From the NCBI GenBank assembly GCA_013239625.1, contig MU053164.1:24734-88733 (forward strand): a DNA stretch of 64,000 nt, given 5' to 3'. A model generated the notes under the pieces. It searched no databases. It had not been told where the DNA came from and saw only the letters and a program-made list of their open reading frames with translations. Every line of letters begins with the position of its first letter. Within the stretch, counting starts at the first letter, position 1. Position numbers and translations under genes: made by a program. The DNA is from Lama guanicoe (taxonomy: Eukaryota). Below are positions 28,401 through 43,400 of the stretch, one piece after another.

Positions 28401-31400
28401 TATCTGCCTAGCATTATGCAAAGCATATCACATGAGTTATCTCATGTAATCCTTTCATTTACCTGTGAGATCACTACAGTGTAATTCAGGTTTCAAGTAA
28501 TCTGAATAATCTAAATCCAAACTTTTCTATGAAATGTATATTCTCAAGCTTTAAAGCAAGCCATCATGCACATAGCTGAGGACAAAAAATTCCCTACATT
28601 TCCAGTTTATTTCTTTTCTTTTTTTTTAACATTTTTTATTGACTTATAATCATTTTACAATGTTGTGTCAAATTCCAGTGTTCAGCACAATTTTTCAGTC
28701 ATTCATGGACATATACACACTCATTGTCACATTTTTTTTTCTGTGAGTTATCATAACATTTTGTGTATATTTCCCTGTGCTATACAGTGTAATCTTGTTT
28801 ATCTATTCTACAATTTTGAAATCCCAGTCTATCCCTTCCCACCCTCCACCCCCCTGGTAACCACAAGTCTGTATTCTCTGTCTGTGAGTCTATTTCTGTC
28901 CTGTATTTATGCTTTGTTTTTGTTTGTTTGTTTTTGTTTTTTAGATTCCACATATGAGCGATTTCATATGGTATTTTTCTTTCTCTTTCTGGCTTACTTC
29001 ACTTAGAATGACATTCTCCAGGAGCATCCATGTTGCTGCAAATGGCATTATGTTGTCAGCTTTTATGGCTGAGTAGTATTCCATTGTATAAATATACCAC
29101 ATCTTCTTTATCCAGTCACCTGTTGTTGGACACCAGTTTATTTCTTAATGTTGTCATTTGTGTAAAAGTCAATGAGCAACAATTAAAGCTGTGATGAAAA
29201 GTCAAATAAGTACTTAAAATAGTTGTTTTAATAAAATATATTAATTTAATTAAAACTATGTAGATAATAACTGTCAGGCTTAAAACAACATGAAGCTTCA
29301 TTTCTAACTCACTAAAAAAATATAGGATATGGGACATGGTTGTTACTTAGCAGCAGTTCTCCATTGTATATTTTACTGCACCTTGCAAATTTCAGTTGTG
29401 GATTAGCTACTGGCTATTTTGGTAAATCAATTTTGTTTTATTGCTGTTGTAGAAGTCTTTTTTTATTTTTCTGCCTTAGTCCCTGAAAGTTGCTGTAGTA
29501 CTTAATATCAATGAAACATTGACACTATATGCCTATGCAAGATGAAAAGGAAAAGTTCACTGAATTAGATTCAGTGATAAGTCTGGAATGGAAGAGACCT
29601 TACTCTCTGTACTTAAAAAGTAAACAAATCTACAGCACAATGGTACTTAAGAATTGAGAAAATGAAATTACTCAGCGTACTAAAGATCAAAAACTTATAT
29701 AGCAGTCAGATGTCCAGGGTTTAGTTTTTCTAGTTTGAAAACTCCTTTTTGAATCTTGTTTTTGTGTCTCTCATACCCCGTAGTCTTCCTTCTAACTGTT
29801 GTCTGTGAATAACGGCCTCAGAGTGGCATGGTGGGAGGGAAAGCATAAGTCAGACAAGCCAGCCCTTGAGTAACTCTAATTGTGTCTATAACTAATAAAC
29901 AGTATAAAATGTCTTCTTTCAGGTAGATATCTTATATTGAATAATAGTAATAATAGTGATCTTTGAAATATATAGTTATTTGCCCTTTGTATTTAAATAC
30001 TATTAACCACTAAATTTTACTTATTTGATCCTTATAATACTGTGTGATGGGTAGGATAAATATTTTAAATCATGAATTTAAGGCTGAGAGAGGTCAAGGA
30101 TTTGCTGAAGATTTGCAGAGATAGGTAGTGTCAAAGGAGAAACTAGAATGCCTTTCAGTATTCTCAGATGTGAACATAGGAAAAGTCAACATGATGCAAC
30201 TCACAAACTAACCTGTGCATTCCCAAACAAGATATTCTTTAAAGACTTTTTTCTCTTTGTTTCTTCTCTCTACCAACCCCCCCAAAAAAAACTACTTTGG
30301 TGGGGCCACCTGCATTACACAGTGGTCTCCAACTGTAAGAGTGTGCATGGTGATCACTCAGTCAACAAAAGGATTCTTTATACCAAAAGTCCCAGGAGCA
30401 AATTGCAGGACATTCCAGTCTGTAGCACACATGCTCATACTGACACAGTGTCAGTCAGCCTAAAGTCTACATTTAGATTTTTCTCTGTGTAGGACATGAA
30501 TTCCCCTATGGGATTGAAATGAGTCACCTTCGAGACATGGCACTCCTGATGCAGAGGTCAAAGGACTCCCCCACACCTTCCAACCTCCAAGAGCCCTTCC
30601 TCATGGAACAGCTGCCCCAAGAGAAGCAGTGCCACTTCATCTTGAATCCCAGCCGGCTGGCTGTGGCCCAACAACTGGGTGGTGAGTTTTCTCTCTCTTT
30701 CATGAGAGCCTTTTTTTAGCAAAACTTTTCATTCCTGAAAACAAAGTTTTCAAAGTTCTTTGCCTGTATACTTCCAGCCAGATGAGGTTTTTTTTTCTTT
30801 TGAGTTTTCTAAGTGTTTTGAAAGGAAAGATGGAGCTTTAGAAGATGGGTTTATAAATCAGCGGTAGGGGTGACTGACGGGTAATCAGCAGCTGGTTGTG
30901 GTATGGTCTGTTCTTTCTTTCTTCACTGTCCTTCCCCCTTTAGCCTTATGCCCACTGCAGAGTCAAATGCACCAGGCAGGGCAGCAGGTTCTTCAATGCC
31001 TTCTTTGTACTGTAATGCGTTGCATTGTGTGTTCCCCCTAAATGATCACATTATTAAAAGAAGGCCGTCAGTGATGGGTGTCAGGAGATGCTGGTGCCTT
31101 ACCTGGATCCTGGTACTGATAATCATGTGAAGATGAAGGTAATTTCCATAGAAATCTCTCCTTAGTCTGCTAAGCTAATCTGAATTCCCTGGGAACATAG
31201 CCATCTGTTACCCTCCCCATAATGAAGACTCCAGAGTGATTAAAAAGTGGTGTTCAACGTAGGAGGACCATCATTAATTACCCTAACCCGTGTTTGAGCT
31301 TTACACCCTCAGTCTGAAAGTAAGATTGTATAGAAATAAAAGCAAATGTATCATACCAAAAAGTGTGAGGTGGGGGTGGGGGGATAGCCAAAAATCGATG

Positions 31401-34400
31401 CTGAATTTTTTGAGCTACTTTTGTAAACCTGAACGAACTGGGATACACCATGGACAGTGGCCACTGTTTTATGCTCATCCCCCCACACATGCATGTCCAG
31501 CCCTGTCTCTTTCGGTTGATGACCTAGCCTCAAACTTTATACTTTATTGAAATCACTGGTCAGGACTCCTTCATCTTGCCAACACCAGCTATAAAAACTT
31601 ACCCTGCATTTGCACCAGTCTTCCTCTTTCCCACAGAGTTAAAGTGAGTTTTTGAACTCTAAGGCTGTTTACCCACATCTTTGGGGTGTCATGGAGATAT
31701 TACAGTTTTCCATCCCCTGAAATGTGAGCTCCATGAAGGCAGAGAGTTGAGTCTGTTTTGTTCGCTGCTATGTTTTCAGCACCTGAAACAGTGTCTGCAT
31801 ATATAAATTGAACTCAATAAATATTTGCTGAATGAATTGTTTTATTGACAGATCTGTTGCTGGTACTCATTGAAGACACAAAGGGAATGTCACCTTTATA
31901 ACTAAGCTGAGGAAAATGGTGTTTTACTCTTCTATCTTTCTACCCATGTTGTTCAAAATGATTTCTCTGGGTCCCTTGTCAGTAAAATAAATTTATTTTA
32001 ACTGATTTGACCAAAATAATCAGGGGTCAAGAATCCTAAGAATTTTACCCATCTTTGTCAACAGCTTGCTTAATTAAATTGTAGGCATCATCTGTGTGTT
32101 AGTCCTCTGTTTCTCTCTGTTGGAAGTAGGATGATATTGGTTGCAGCTGTAAGATGACTCACGCTAAGGGAATGGAGTGACTACAGACCCATGGTGGCAA
32201 CCTACCTGTGAAAATAAAAATTTAACAAGTGAACCAGTTTTGTATTTTTTTAATATCCAAGATTTTGATGAACAGCTGCTTTGGAAACCACTGACTTAGA
32301 CCAGGGCTCAATAGACTTTTTCTGTAAAGGGCCAGGTAGTAAAACTTGCAGATCAAGAGACAGAATTGATGGTATTACACAGGTACTTAAATAACAAGAG
32401 GAAAAACAAATTTTCACAAGTTTTTTACCGATGACATTCGATATGTAGTAATAGAGTACAATTTTGTGTAGTACAGATCTGCTAATGAGAGGAATTGAAT
32501 TGTTTTGGAGGAATAATATTTCACTTAATTGAAGTGCAATGTTAGTATTCCAATTATCACCATTGAATGGAAAGTGTTCTGATCTGTAATGAGGTTTTAT
32601 GTATTTCATCATCTTTGAGAATACCTTTTCACACAAGTAGGTACTGCCAAATACTGACATACCATGCTACAAGCATACAATTTTAATTGAGCATATTTCT
32701 CTCTTCAGAGACATTTGTAGAATTTTGTTAGATTCTTCTTTTGATATTTGCCTTTTGGCGTGTCATTTCATTGCAGATTAATCACTTCCAATTGAAAGTT
32801 AGGTAGAAGTTAAAGGCTTTTGAAACATGAAATTCCCCTTTGCACAGGTCAATTGCACAGTTAAAGGATTTTCAAATATAGAAGTATCCTTTGCATTTAC
32901 ATTGAGGTAGGTAAATACTGCTAGACATGTAGTTTGAGCTCAAAAAATATATCCACTACAATTTTTTTATGAGAATGGAGATCTTGCTTCTTGTTTTGAC
33001 TTTAGACAGCAAGAAAAGTGTGAAAGTTGTTTGACATTACTTGTTCACTAAATGTCATTAAATGTCAAAGTAATGTTTTTGTTTTCTTTAGATAAATACC
33101 CAGCAGTGGAATTGCTGTGTCATATGGTTGTACTATTTTTACTTTTTGGAGAAACCCCCATGCTGTTTCCCATAGTGGCTGCCCCAAGTTGCGTTCCCAC
33201 CGATAGTGCGTGAGGGTCCCGTTTCTCCACACCCTCACCAACACTTGTCATTTGTGTCCTGTTGATAATAGCCATTCTCACAGGTGTGAGTTTCTATCTC
33301 ATTGTGGTTTTGATTTGCATTTCCCTGAGAATTAGTGATGTTGAGCATCTTATCACGTGCCTGGTTGCCAACTTTATATGTTTCTTGGAAAAAGTCTCTT
33401 CAAATCCTCTGCCTATTTTTAATTGGGTTGTTTGTTTTTTTGCTGTTGAGTTATATGAGTTCATTATGTATTTTAGATGTTAACCCCTTATCAGATATGT
33501 GATTTGCAAATACTTTCTCCCGTCACCTTATTGAAGTAGGTTGATTTTTCATTTTGTTCATGGGTTCCTTTGCTGTGCAGAAGCTTTTTAGTTTGATGTA
33601 CTCCTTCATTTTTTCTTTTGTTGTTTTCCATTTTTGGTGTCAAATGCAAAAAATAAAATCATTGCTAAGACCAGTGTCAAGTAATTTACCCCCATGTTTC
33701 CTTCTAGGAGTCTTATGATTTCAGGTCTTATATTCACATCTGATCCATTTTGAATAAATTTTTGTGTATGGTGTGGTCCAGTTTCATTTTTCACTTACTG
33801 CTCTCCAATTTTTCCACTAGAACAAATCGTAATAAAATTTATATGGAATCACAAAAGACCTAGAATTGCCAAATCATTACTGAAGAAAAAGAAGGAGGCT
33901 GGAGGAATAACCCTCCCAGGCTTCAGACAATACTACAGAGCTACAGTAATTGAAACAGCATGGTATTTGTACATGAACAGACATCAGGATCAGTGGAACA
34001 GAACAGAGAGCCCAGAAATGAACCCATGTCACTTTTGAAGAGACTGTTCTTTCCCCATTGTGTATTCCGGGGGGTATCCCAGCAGCCCTGCCCCTCAGGC
34101 CAGTGCCTTAAAATTAGGAAATGAGTCTCTTTAACATGAAGTCAGTGATTTGGAAAGAACTGCCTCTGCCCTGAGCCCTGGGGTGGGTAGTGTGCACACA
34201 AGGGCTTTAAGAACTATTCCCCAGTCCACCATGGCCCACAGATCTCCTGGGCATGAGCTCTCTTGGCCTTCAAAGTGAGATGTTTTCGGGGTTTGTCTCA
34301 CAGGTGCCAGACCTTAAAAGTTGCGGTGACCTATGTGGGGTTCAAACCTTTCACTCCTTCTGGAGAAGGTCCGGGTTTTGAGGAGATTTTAAGTTCCCTC

Positions 34401-37400
34401 CCAACTGTGGGTTGTTGCACTAGGGGTGGGGTTTATGGTGAGATTGTCTGAGCCTTTTCTAGCCACTTCCCTCTCATTTTCCCAATGTGACGGTCTCTCT
34501 GCCAGTTTTTAGGTTTTTTTCCAGAGAAAATTGTCACATAGGTAGCTGTAGATACGGTGTGTGCATGGGAGGAGGTGAGTTCAGGGTCTCCCTATGTCAC
34601 CATCTTGCTAAAATCTCTCACTAAAGGGCTTTTTGTTGTGATTATTCTTTAACAATCTATGAGGACAAACTTCTGAGAATTATACTTTTTTAATATTCAG
34701 CTCCCTAACTGAAGTGTGGAGAAATACCGGCTTGGACCTTGTCCAGGCTGTCTGGGACACTAGGCCTTCCTGAACTCCACCGGCCCTGCATTTACATTTC
34801 CCTTACAGTTTTTATAGCAATTGCATGTCTTTTCACCAGTCTTTGACATTTGGAAAGTAAGAGCTGTGCATTAAAGTTCTGCAAGAAAGTAAACTTTAAT
34901 GAGATTCTTTTCTCTCAGTCCCAGAGGGAACATGAGCTCTAAAATTGAATGTTGTACATAGTAAAAGACATGGCTGCAGCTGAAAGTATTCATAATCAAG
35001 TTCAGGACTCAGTTTCTGCTTTATCCTCTGTCTGCANNNNNNNNNNNNNNNNNNNNNNNNNNNNNNNNNNNNNNNNNNNNNNNNNNNNNNNNNNNNNNNN
35101 NNNNNNNNNNNNNNNNNNNNNNNNNNNNNNNNNNNNNNNNNNNNNNNNNNNNNNNNNNNNNNNNNNNNNNNNNNNNNNNNNNNNNNNNNNNNNNNNNNNN
35201 NNNNNNNNNNNNNNNNNNNNNNNNNNNNNNNNNNNNNNNNNNNNNNNNNNNNNNNNNNNNNNNNNNNNNNNNNNNNNNNNNNNNNNNNNNNNNNNNNNNN
35301 NNNNNNNNNNNNNNNNNNNNNNNNNNNNNNNNNNNNNNNNNNNNNNNNNNNNNNNNNNNNNNNNNNNNNNNNNNNNNNNNNNNNNNNNNNNNNNNNNNNN
35401 NNNNNNNNNNNNNNNNNNNNNNNNNNNNNNNNNNNNNNNNNNNNNNNNNNNNNNNNNNNNNNNNNNNNNNNNNNNNNNNNNNNNNNNNNNNNNNNNNNNN
35501 NNNNNNNNNNNNNNNNNNNNNNNNNNNNNNNNNNNNNNNNNNNNNNNNNNNNNNNNNNNNNNNNNNNNNNNNNNNNNNNNNNNNNNNNNNNNNNNNNNNN
35601 NNNNNNNNNNNNNNNNNNNNNNNNNNNNNNNNNNNNNNNNNNNNNNNNNNNNNNNNNNNNNNNNNNNNNNNNNNNNNNNNNNNNNNNNNNNNNNNNNNNN
35701 NNNNNNNNNNNNNNNNNNNNNNNNNNNNNNNNNNNNNNNNNNNNNNNNNNNNNNNNNNNNNNNNNNNNNNNNNNNNNNNNNNNNNNNNNNNNNNNNNNNN
35801 NNNNNNNNNNNNNNNNNNNNNNNNNNNNNNNNNNNNNNNNNNNNNNNNNNNNNNNNNNNNNNNNNNNNNNNNNNNNNNNNNNNNNNNGAGATCATCCCCT
35901 TCTTGCCCCATGATCAGAGAGAGCTGAGGGGTAAAGCACCATCTCTGGCAGCATGGTTGGGTGTCAGGGTCTCACAGCCAGAACGTGATGACCAGTTTCA
36001 TGCACTGTCCCTGGTGAAAAATGTAGTCAGACTACGTGGGCACCACCTGGGGGCCTGTTCGCCTCAAGAGCTTTTTCGCATCTGCCCCACGCAATGCAGG
36101 CTTCGGGGATCAGCCAGAGGTTTGGGCAGAATTCATGCCCATTATTTGGGTTGGGGCTCCCACTAGTCTGTCTGCTCCTTCCTGGGGTTCCCCCTTCACC
36201 CTCCAGCTGCTGTGGTCATCTCCAACTCCATTCTCTATAGTTTTTTCAAACCAACAAGAGGACAGGTCTCTCTCCAAATTTTAGTCACCCCTGCCACCCT
36301 GGGTCCTGTGCTCATGGAATAAGCTGTAAAAATGGGAACCTCACCCAGCGCCATGCCATTCCCTTCTTCCAGGTGTCAAACTGTTACCTCCACTCTGTGC
36401 CTTCCTTTGGTCACTCTTCAGTGTCTCCAGGTTGGCTCTTACATATTTAAGTGTTGTCTGGAGTTTATAGCTGTTACCTGTGTGTATTTGTTTAGGCCAG
36501 CAGGTGTAGGTGGCAGAAAGGTCAAAAAGGACCCTAAACAGCTGTCTTTTTAGGTATCAGATCCTGTGCAGATTCATCCATTTTTGTCTTAAAATTAGAT
36601 GCAGATGGCATCAGAACTGTTTTAGAACTGTGATCTCACAAAACCATGATTCACTACTGAACTTTCTTCTGCCTGTTTTGTTCCTGCTGTCTTTTATCAC
36701 CTAAATGTCTGCTCAGTTCAATTACTTTCGAGAATGGTTTATTGAGTACTTACTAGACATGAGGGATGATGCTGGATCCTCTACCTGTTGAAATCGTGTT
36801 GATTCAAAATTCACATCCAATGCAGGTGCCTGCAGGACCGCTCCCTCTCTCCCAAAGGGGAGAGAGATGTGCTTCATGGTTTTTCTGAATGCCTCTGGTG
36901 CCTTGTTCCTCCCTTAGGACATTTTATTTATTAATATACTTGCTCTCCCCCCACCACCCATCACCAGTCTTGTCCCCCCATAAGATTATAAACTTTACCG
37001 TGGCAAGGGCAAGTCTCACTCATGTTTTCATCCATCCATGCTGCCTTGAACATACTTTTTAAAGTCAGGAACCAAAAAGATACATGAAAAGTCTGCAGTT
37101 GGAGAGAAAGGGGGGGAATGCAGAGCGTTAGCTTCCTGCCTCTGTGCTCAACAGCAGAGTGGGGCATCAGGTAGTAGAGCGCTCTTGTTCTCAGAGAGCA
37201 CCTTCATAGCAAAGCCTCCTCCCCTTCCCCCAGGTCTTCTTCCTCTTCTTTTCCTCCTCCTCCTCCTCATCCTTCTCCCCTCCCCCTTCTCCTTCTCTCT
37301 CCTTTCCCTCCTCCTTCTTCCTTTCTTTTTGTCATTATTGAGTTGTGGTCTAATTTGATCTTCAGCTTTTTTGTTCACTTAGTCTCCTCTTTAAAATGGC

Positions 37401-40400
37401 CTGTGTGTTGGTATGAAATGCTTTGTGCTGTAAGTTCAGTAAAGGGGGAGCCCCTTTTTCACCTTTGAAAATTTGGTTCCAGAATTCAAGCACATAGACC
37501 AGTGACATCCCCAAAATGGGGGGGGGAATAACCCAAGTGTTTGATGTTTCCTTACCTTATAAAATGCTGAGCCGTGATGCTGAGCATACTATAAAATAGG
37601 AACTATAGAAATAAGATTACATGAATTAAATTAGGTTTACTAATAATCTCACTTCTTCCTTAGATTCAGGTCAGAAGACATTTAAAAGAAGATCTGTCAT
37701 TAACTGGGCCTTCTGGCGGGGCTCGAGCACCCACCTGGACAACCAGCCCGTGTCACCAACATCTCCAAAGCTGGGACAGCTCTTCAGAGTGTCTTTGCCA
37801 GATATCTGTGAGAACGACAATCTACCCAAACCTCTCTTGGTAAGTCTCATTTTGGTCTGTAACACTTAACAGGAAAGGAGAGCTCTGGAGGGAAACTCTA
37901 CCCCAAATGGAAAAATTGTGAACACTCATGGCTTTGGCTGAGAACCTTTATTATTACTTCAAAGAATACAAATCTTGACTAAACTATTGCAGCATCGTAA
38001 GGCAGACGTGATGGGGAGAGATGGTCTCGTCTGCTGGTGGCAGGAAAGAGCAGCGTGAACCTGCTCAGATAAACTAGAGTCTGTCTGCTTTGTGGATGGA
38101 GAATGCACTTTATCCCACACATTCCTCTCACATCCTTTCTTGAACCCTGTGTTGTTCAGAACATGACTCTTTCAGTCACCTTAGCAGCAGGGACTAAAAC
38201 TCACACTTCTTATTAGTATTCTAAGTGTTTAGGCATGCAGATACATCCTCTGGCATTTAGTTACCTTTTGTATGTAGAACAGATCAGGTGAAAGCCACTG
38301 AGTGTGTATGGTCTTCAGTGAAGATAGTAAATGAACCCTGTCAAGCAGCAGTTATTGAGTGTCCAGTACCCTTCAGGCACCGTCCTGGATGCCTGGCACT
38401 TCATGCTCTGCTGTATGTCTGTAAGTACCAGACACAGTCTAGTCACTTTATTGCTGGTCCTTCACAACAGAGTTAGAAGGTAGTTATCACCATCGTCACT
38501 GTCACCATCACCATCACCATCTCCATCATTCCTACTTTACAAATTAAAGCCCCACTCCCCCCAAAAAACCCTCAAGTTTACTGAAAGTCACACACAGCAA
38601 GTCTGAGCTATAACTAGGACTCAGGTCCTGTGGGTTGCACGTCTCCGACACCCACTCTCTTCCTCCTCGGCAAGTGTAGGACATGCAGCTGGAAAGGAAG
38701 CAAAATAAAAGATCGGAATGGAATGGGACAGAGAAAGCTTCCGGGAAGTGATAATTTTGGAGGCTGATTTTAAAAGAAGGCAACACAGGAAGTAGGATGA
38801 AATGTAAAGTCGCATGAAAAGAAAGACAAGCAAGTGGAGGATGAGTTTGGCAATCACATTTCCATGTCTGGGGATAAGATTTCATGTTAAGAGAACAGTG
38901 GGCAAAGAATAGTGAGACAGGAGGGAGACAAGGTAACAGGTACCTTGAAGTGACTACTGGATCGCTGAAAAAGGACAGTCGCATGAAAGCAAGAGTTGAA
39001 ATGTAGCAAGAACAAATGGGAGAAAATAGATTTTGAGACACACACACACACACACACTAACTGGCTTTAATCCGCTGGCAGCCCGTCCAGCCCCAGCCCT
39101 TCAGTGCCTCCTGCCGGGCCGCCCCGGCCCCTGGCAGCCGGGGAGGGCAGCTGTGTGTTCTCTGGCTCCTTCTGCGTCAAGTGCCATTTTGATTATTGTT
39201 TCCTTTGCTTCCCCATAGGATATGCTTTTCTTCCTTAATCAGAAAGGACCCCTCACAAAAGGGATCTTCAGACAGTCGGCCAACATGAAATCCTGCAGAG
39301 AGCTGAAAGAGAAACTGAATTCCGCAGTTGAAGTACAGCTAGACTGTGAATCGGCTTTCGTGATAGCCTCTGTCTTAAAGGTGGGAACGCACACCTTTGG
39401 TCCCCCCAGTAGTGGAGCTCTGGGGGAAGACAGCTGGTCTCCCTCATTATAACGCTATCCCCATCTGCGAAGAACCATCATAGTTAGATTCTCACAGCCA
39501 ATTAGCTATGTGGTAAAAGTATTTGTAGCAGAAATACTTGTGGCAAAGATGTCTATGCAAATAGGTTTACTTTTAAATTATTTTAGAGCCTCAGCTATAG
39601 TTAGCTGGCCTTCCCTTGTCCCTCACTAACATTTGGCCATAGGACATACAGCGACATTTCAGTAATGACCCCCTGCTACGACTGTGACTGTGCTTGGCAT
39701 TGAGTGTATGCAGTGAAAGGCGAGGGTCTGGTCTGGTCCTGCCCTGAAGGAGCTCGTAGGTTCATGGAAGACATGCTTACCTCATCAACTGACTGCAGCA
39801 CCGAGGCCCAAGGCTTCCATGAAGTCACAGAAACACGACATGTACATCACAAGTTGTGTATCACCTTTGGTAAAGCACATATGTAAGGCTGCTATTTGAT
39901 TTTCCAGAAAGAATTAAAATTACTCCATTGCACACCTGTCTCCATGTTGTAAGCAGGAACTTGCAAGAGGGTGGTCAGCCATGGGTGCAGCGCTTAGACA
40001 TGGAATTGGGTTTTCTCTGCCTGAAGTTTCCTAAGGTGGAGATCAGACTTCACAAGCTTGGCTTGTTAGGACCATGCCAAAAGCAACAGAGAGTGCTGGC
40101 CTAGAAAGGAAAGGAACATAGGACCAGGACCAAAGTGTGTTTACTTTTAAGCTTTTTTGTAAACAAATGTCAAACAACAAACTCCCTTGGTCAGATCCTA
40201 CTTGTGTCATAGTCTGGTTTCACCACACCCGGCCCCACAAGTGCTCTCAGCAGGAGTCTTGAAGGCCGGGAAGGATAATGTACCAGGGACATGTTATTTA
40301 ATATACATTATGGATGAGGGTGCTGCCCCAGGCTCCCAGAGCCCAACCATAGCCTGGAATGCCTTCTCCCCTCTGATGAAGAATACAGGGAGAAACTCCA

Positions 40401-43400
40401 GACACCTCTGGGTGGAATTAGTCACCAATGCCACTGGAATCTAAAGTTCTAAATTACCAGGGACTTTGTTTTATTTACTACCCTGTTCCTGGCACCTCAA
40501 GCAGTGCCTGGCACAGATGAGTAAATATGTATAGAATGACTGGATGACTGACTACCACATTGTGAATCTCACAGATACCTTCGTGCATTTCTTTTAACTA
40601 GTGATTTGAGAGAGAGAGAGAAAAAAAAGATTAGGATGGTTTGCCACACTCTGCCATGTTACACTAGTTTGCTAAGATATATACAAACAGGAGGTTTCAG
40701 TCCAAACAGTTTGTCCTTTATCTTTTCCACTGTAGTCCAGACCCCATCGTCCCTCTGGTTTTTTGTTAGGAAAAAAATTCAAAGCATATTTTTCTGTGTA
40801 TGCACATCACTGGAGGGCTGGCACAGAGCTCTGTGTGTTCCAAAGAAGGGAGGACTGAACTTTCCAATAAAGTGCCTTCTTTCTAATTTCTCTAATACAA
40901 ATTAGTAGAATAACAATTTAAAAAAAATTTTCCCTCTATGTAAGGATTTTCTACGATGTATTCCGGGAAGCATCTTTTCATCAGATCTCTATGATCATTG
41001 GGTCTGTGTAATGGACGAAGGAAATGATGAGGAGAAAATAAATGCAGTTCAAAGGTAATTACTCCAATTTGGTCATTCCTCAAAAATACTTTAAAAAAAC
41101 TTATATTTTATAAGCTTGTCTGTTAATGTAATAATAACTGTCAAAGTCATATCCATAGGGGCCAGTTTAAAAATAGATTTATGCTAGCAACTGTCATTGT
41201 TATTGGTTTTTTTCCTAATCTTATTAATATGGAATACTCGACCATTGTACACCTTCTGTATATTCTAATCTGATAGGCACTGAAACCCATTAGACTAATA
41301 GCTAATACTGTAGACACAATCTACAATTTATGACCTTAATTTTGGTAAATATTTAACTAACCAGGCAATTCCTTATACACTTCATTTAGCAGCTGAATTC
41401 ATACAGAGAAAATTCCTTCCCCTCAAGGAACTCACAGTCTAGTAGAAATAGACAGATAAAACCCAGAATTCCAGGGCGGTGCAGTCAGTGCTGTGACAGG
41501 GGTATGTGGAGAAGGGGACGTGAGGACAGTCCAGAGAGACAGTCAACTCGTTGAAAGTGTCAAGGGAAAAGGGAGTTGCAAAGCCTCAGCCTGATCACAG
41601 AGAATGCATTGTCTGTCCTCATGGAAAGGGAAGTTGAGGGCAGAACCCAGCACCCCCATTCCTGAGTATTTCCCACATCATAAGAGAATAGGAAAGAAGT
41701 GTCCATTAATGAAAAGCAATACTTGCGTTTCTGTGAAACCCAAGAATCCCAGTATCATTTATTTGCAAATGCTTGTTTAGTGCAATGTTATCTTGAGCAA
41801 CTTTCAAATGTAAATCATTATCTACACGCAGCTACTGATGGTGTAAGTGTTGAAGACACCAGACTCAGAGCCATGTACAAAATGCTGTCTCTGCTTTCAT
41901 GACAGCTTGTTGGGAACTGTTCAGAGACAGGGAACCTGAGATTCTGTATTGTTGTTGCTCACTGTCTAAAACTTTATATTCTAGAAGCTATTAAAGGATG
42001 ATTTTTAAAAGGCCAAAATTATGGCTCTCATATAAATATACACACATGAAAGAAATTTTATTTAAAACATGAATTAATAAAGAGAACTACTAAGACGTTA
42101 CTGCCACCGGTTCAGCGAAGATGGTTAACTACGACAAGTTATAATAATTGAATCAGAAATGCTGAAATGATTTTATAAATAGATTTGAAAACAACTGGCT
42201 TTTTCTGCTGGGACATGAGGCAGTGCAAATAAATCACGTGTCTCTTCACCAGAGAGAATTTTCAGGTCTATGGACAAGTATTATGTGTGTTGCTGTCAAT
42301 GTGCTACAGTTTACAGAGGTGTAAAATAACTCAAAGGCTCAGGGCCCCCACAGAATCTGACACCCCAAAAGAGCACGCTAGGCAAGGCCTCACTGTCCAA
42401 TGAAAACATTCAGTAATCTTTTGGCCCATTGCAATCTGTCATAATGTGTCCCTAGAAAACCATCCTCATTGTCAGTCTGTGCTGCTGAAGAAGCGCCTCT
42501 CTGGTATTTATGCAACAAGAGCCAGATTACCTGATGTTCTTCCCCAGGTTGTGATACAGGAAAACGGGGCGCGAGAGGAGGGCTGTGTCCCAGGTCTCAC
42601 TTGAGTCCCTGGGATGCGCCCCACCAAGTGAGGGTCATTGGCTTCACGCGGGAAAGAATTCAAGAGCAAGCCCTAGTTGGGTAAAAGTAGATTTGTTTAG
42701 AGAGATGTACACTCTGTAGACAGAGTGCAGGCCGTCTCAGAACGCAGGAGAAGGGCAGAGGGGAGCAGGGTTGGGTGTTTAGTTTAAAGGAGAAGTAGAC
42801 ACACAGTCCATAGACAGAGTGCCGGGCATCTGGGAAGGTGAGGGAGCAAGAGAGTCCACGAGGCACGGTGTTGCGAGTTTTTATACGCTAACAAGTGAGA
42901 GGATTACTCCAACTGCTTTGAGGAAGGGGCGGGGATCCCCAGGAATTGGGCCACCACCCTCTCCTTGACTTTCATGGTCAGCCTCGGAGCTGTCATGGCA
43001 CCTGTGGGTGTGCCGTTCATGGTGCTAGTACATTACAATGTGTGTGAGGGAGCTCAGGGTCCGCTGGAGGTCAGATCCCCTTCCATCCTGGTCCTCAAGG
43101 TCCATCGGAAGTTGACTTTTCCTCCACCTTGGTGCTAACTGCTGTGTCATTCCTTTAATGGCTGTGTCCTGCCCCCTTCCCTCCTGTCTCAGTTGCAGAT
43201 TCTTGTTGGATAAAAGCAACAAGCATGAATGGTAGTAAAAAAAAAAAGAGGTAGTAAATGATGGTGAAGGATAATTTAAAAATCCCTTATCAAGTACAAA
43301 ATTGGAACAGTAGGAAATATACTGTTATAAGCTTGACTGATGTGTGAAAGTGGTACCACTGAGATAAAGAGACATGGGACAGAATTGACCTTAGAAGCTG

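Noticed and set aside
32250..32660. 136-aa ORF with a hAT transposase motif as a domesticated gene
   Set aside because: Only about 27 aa are transposase-like before the frame degenerates; a fossil fragment
34949..36166. Long ORFs containing X runs (also at 5867-6259, 45433-46246 and 51217-52082)
   Set aside because: Artefacts of reading through N gaps (5923-6238, 35037-35887, 45297-45324, 45451-45670, 45816-46208, 51257-52045)
37148..37378. Protamine-like Arg/Lys/Glu-rich ORF
   Set aside because: Translation of a purine-rich low-complexity strand
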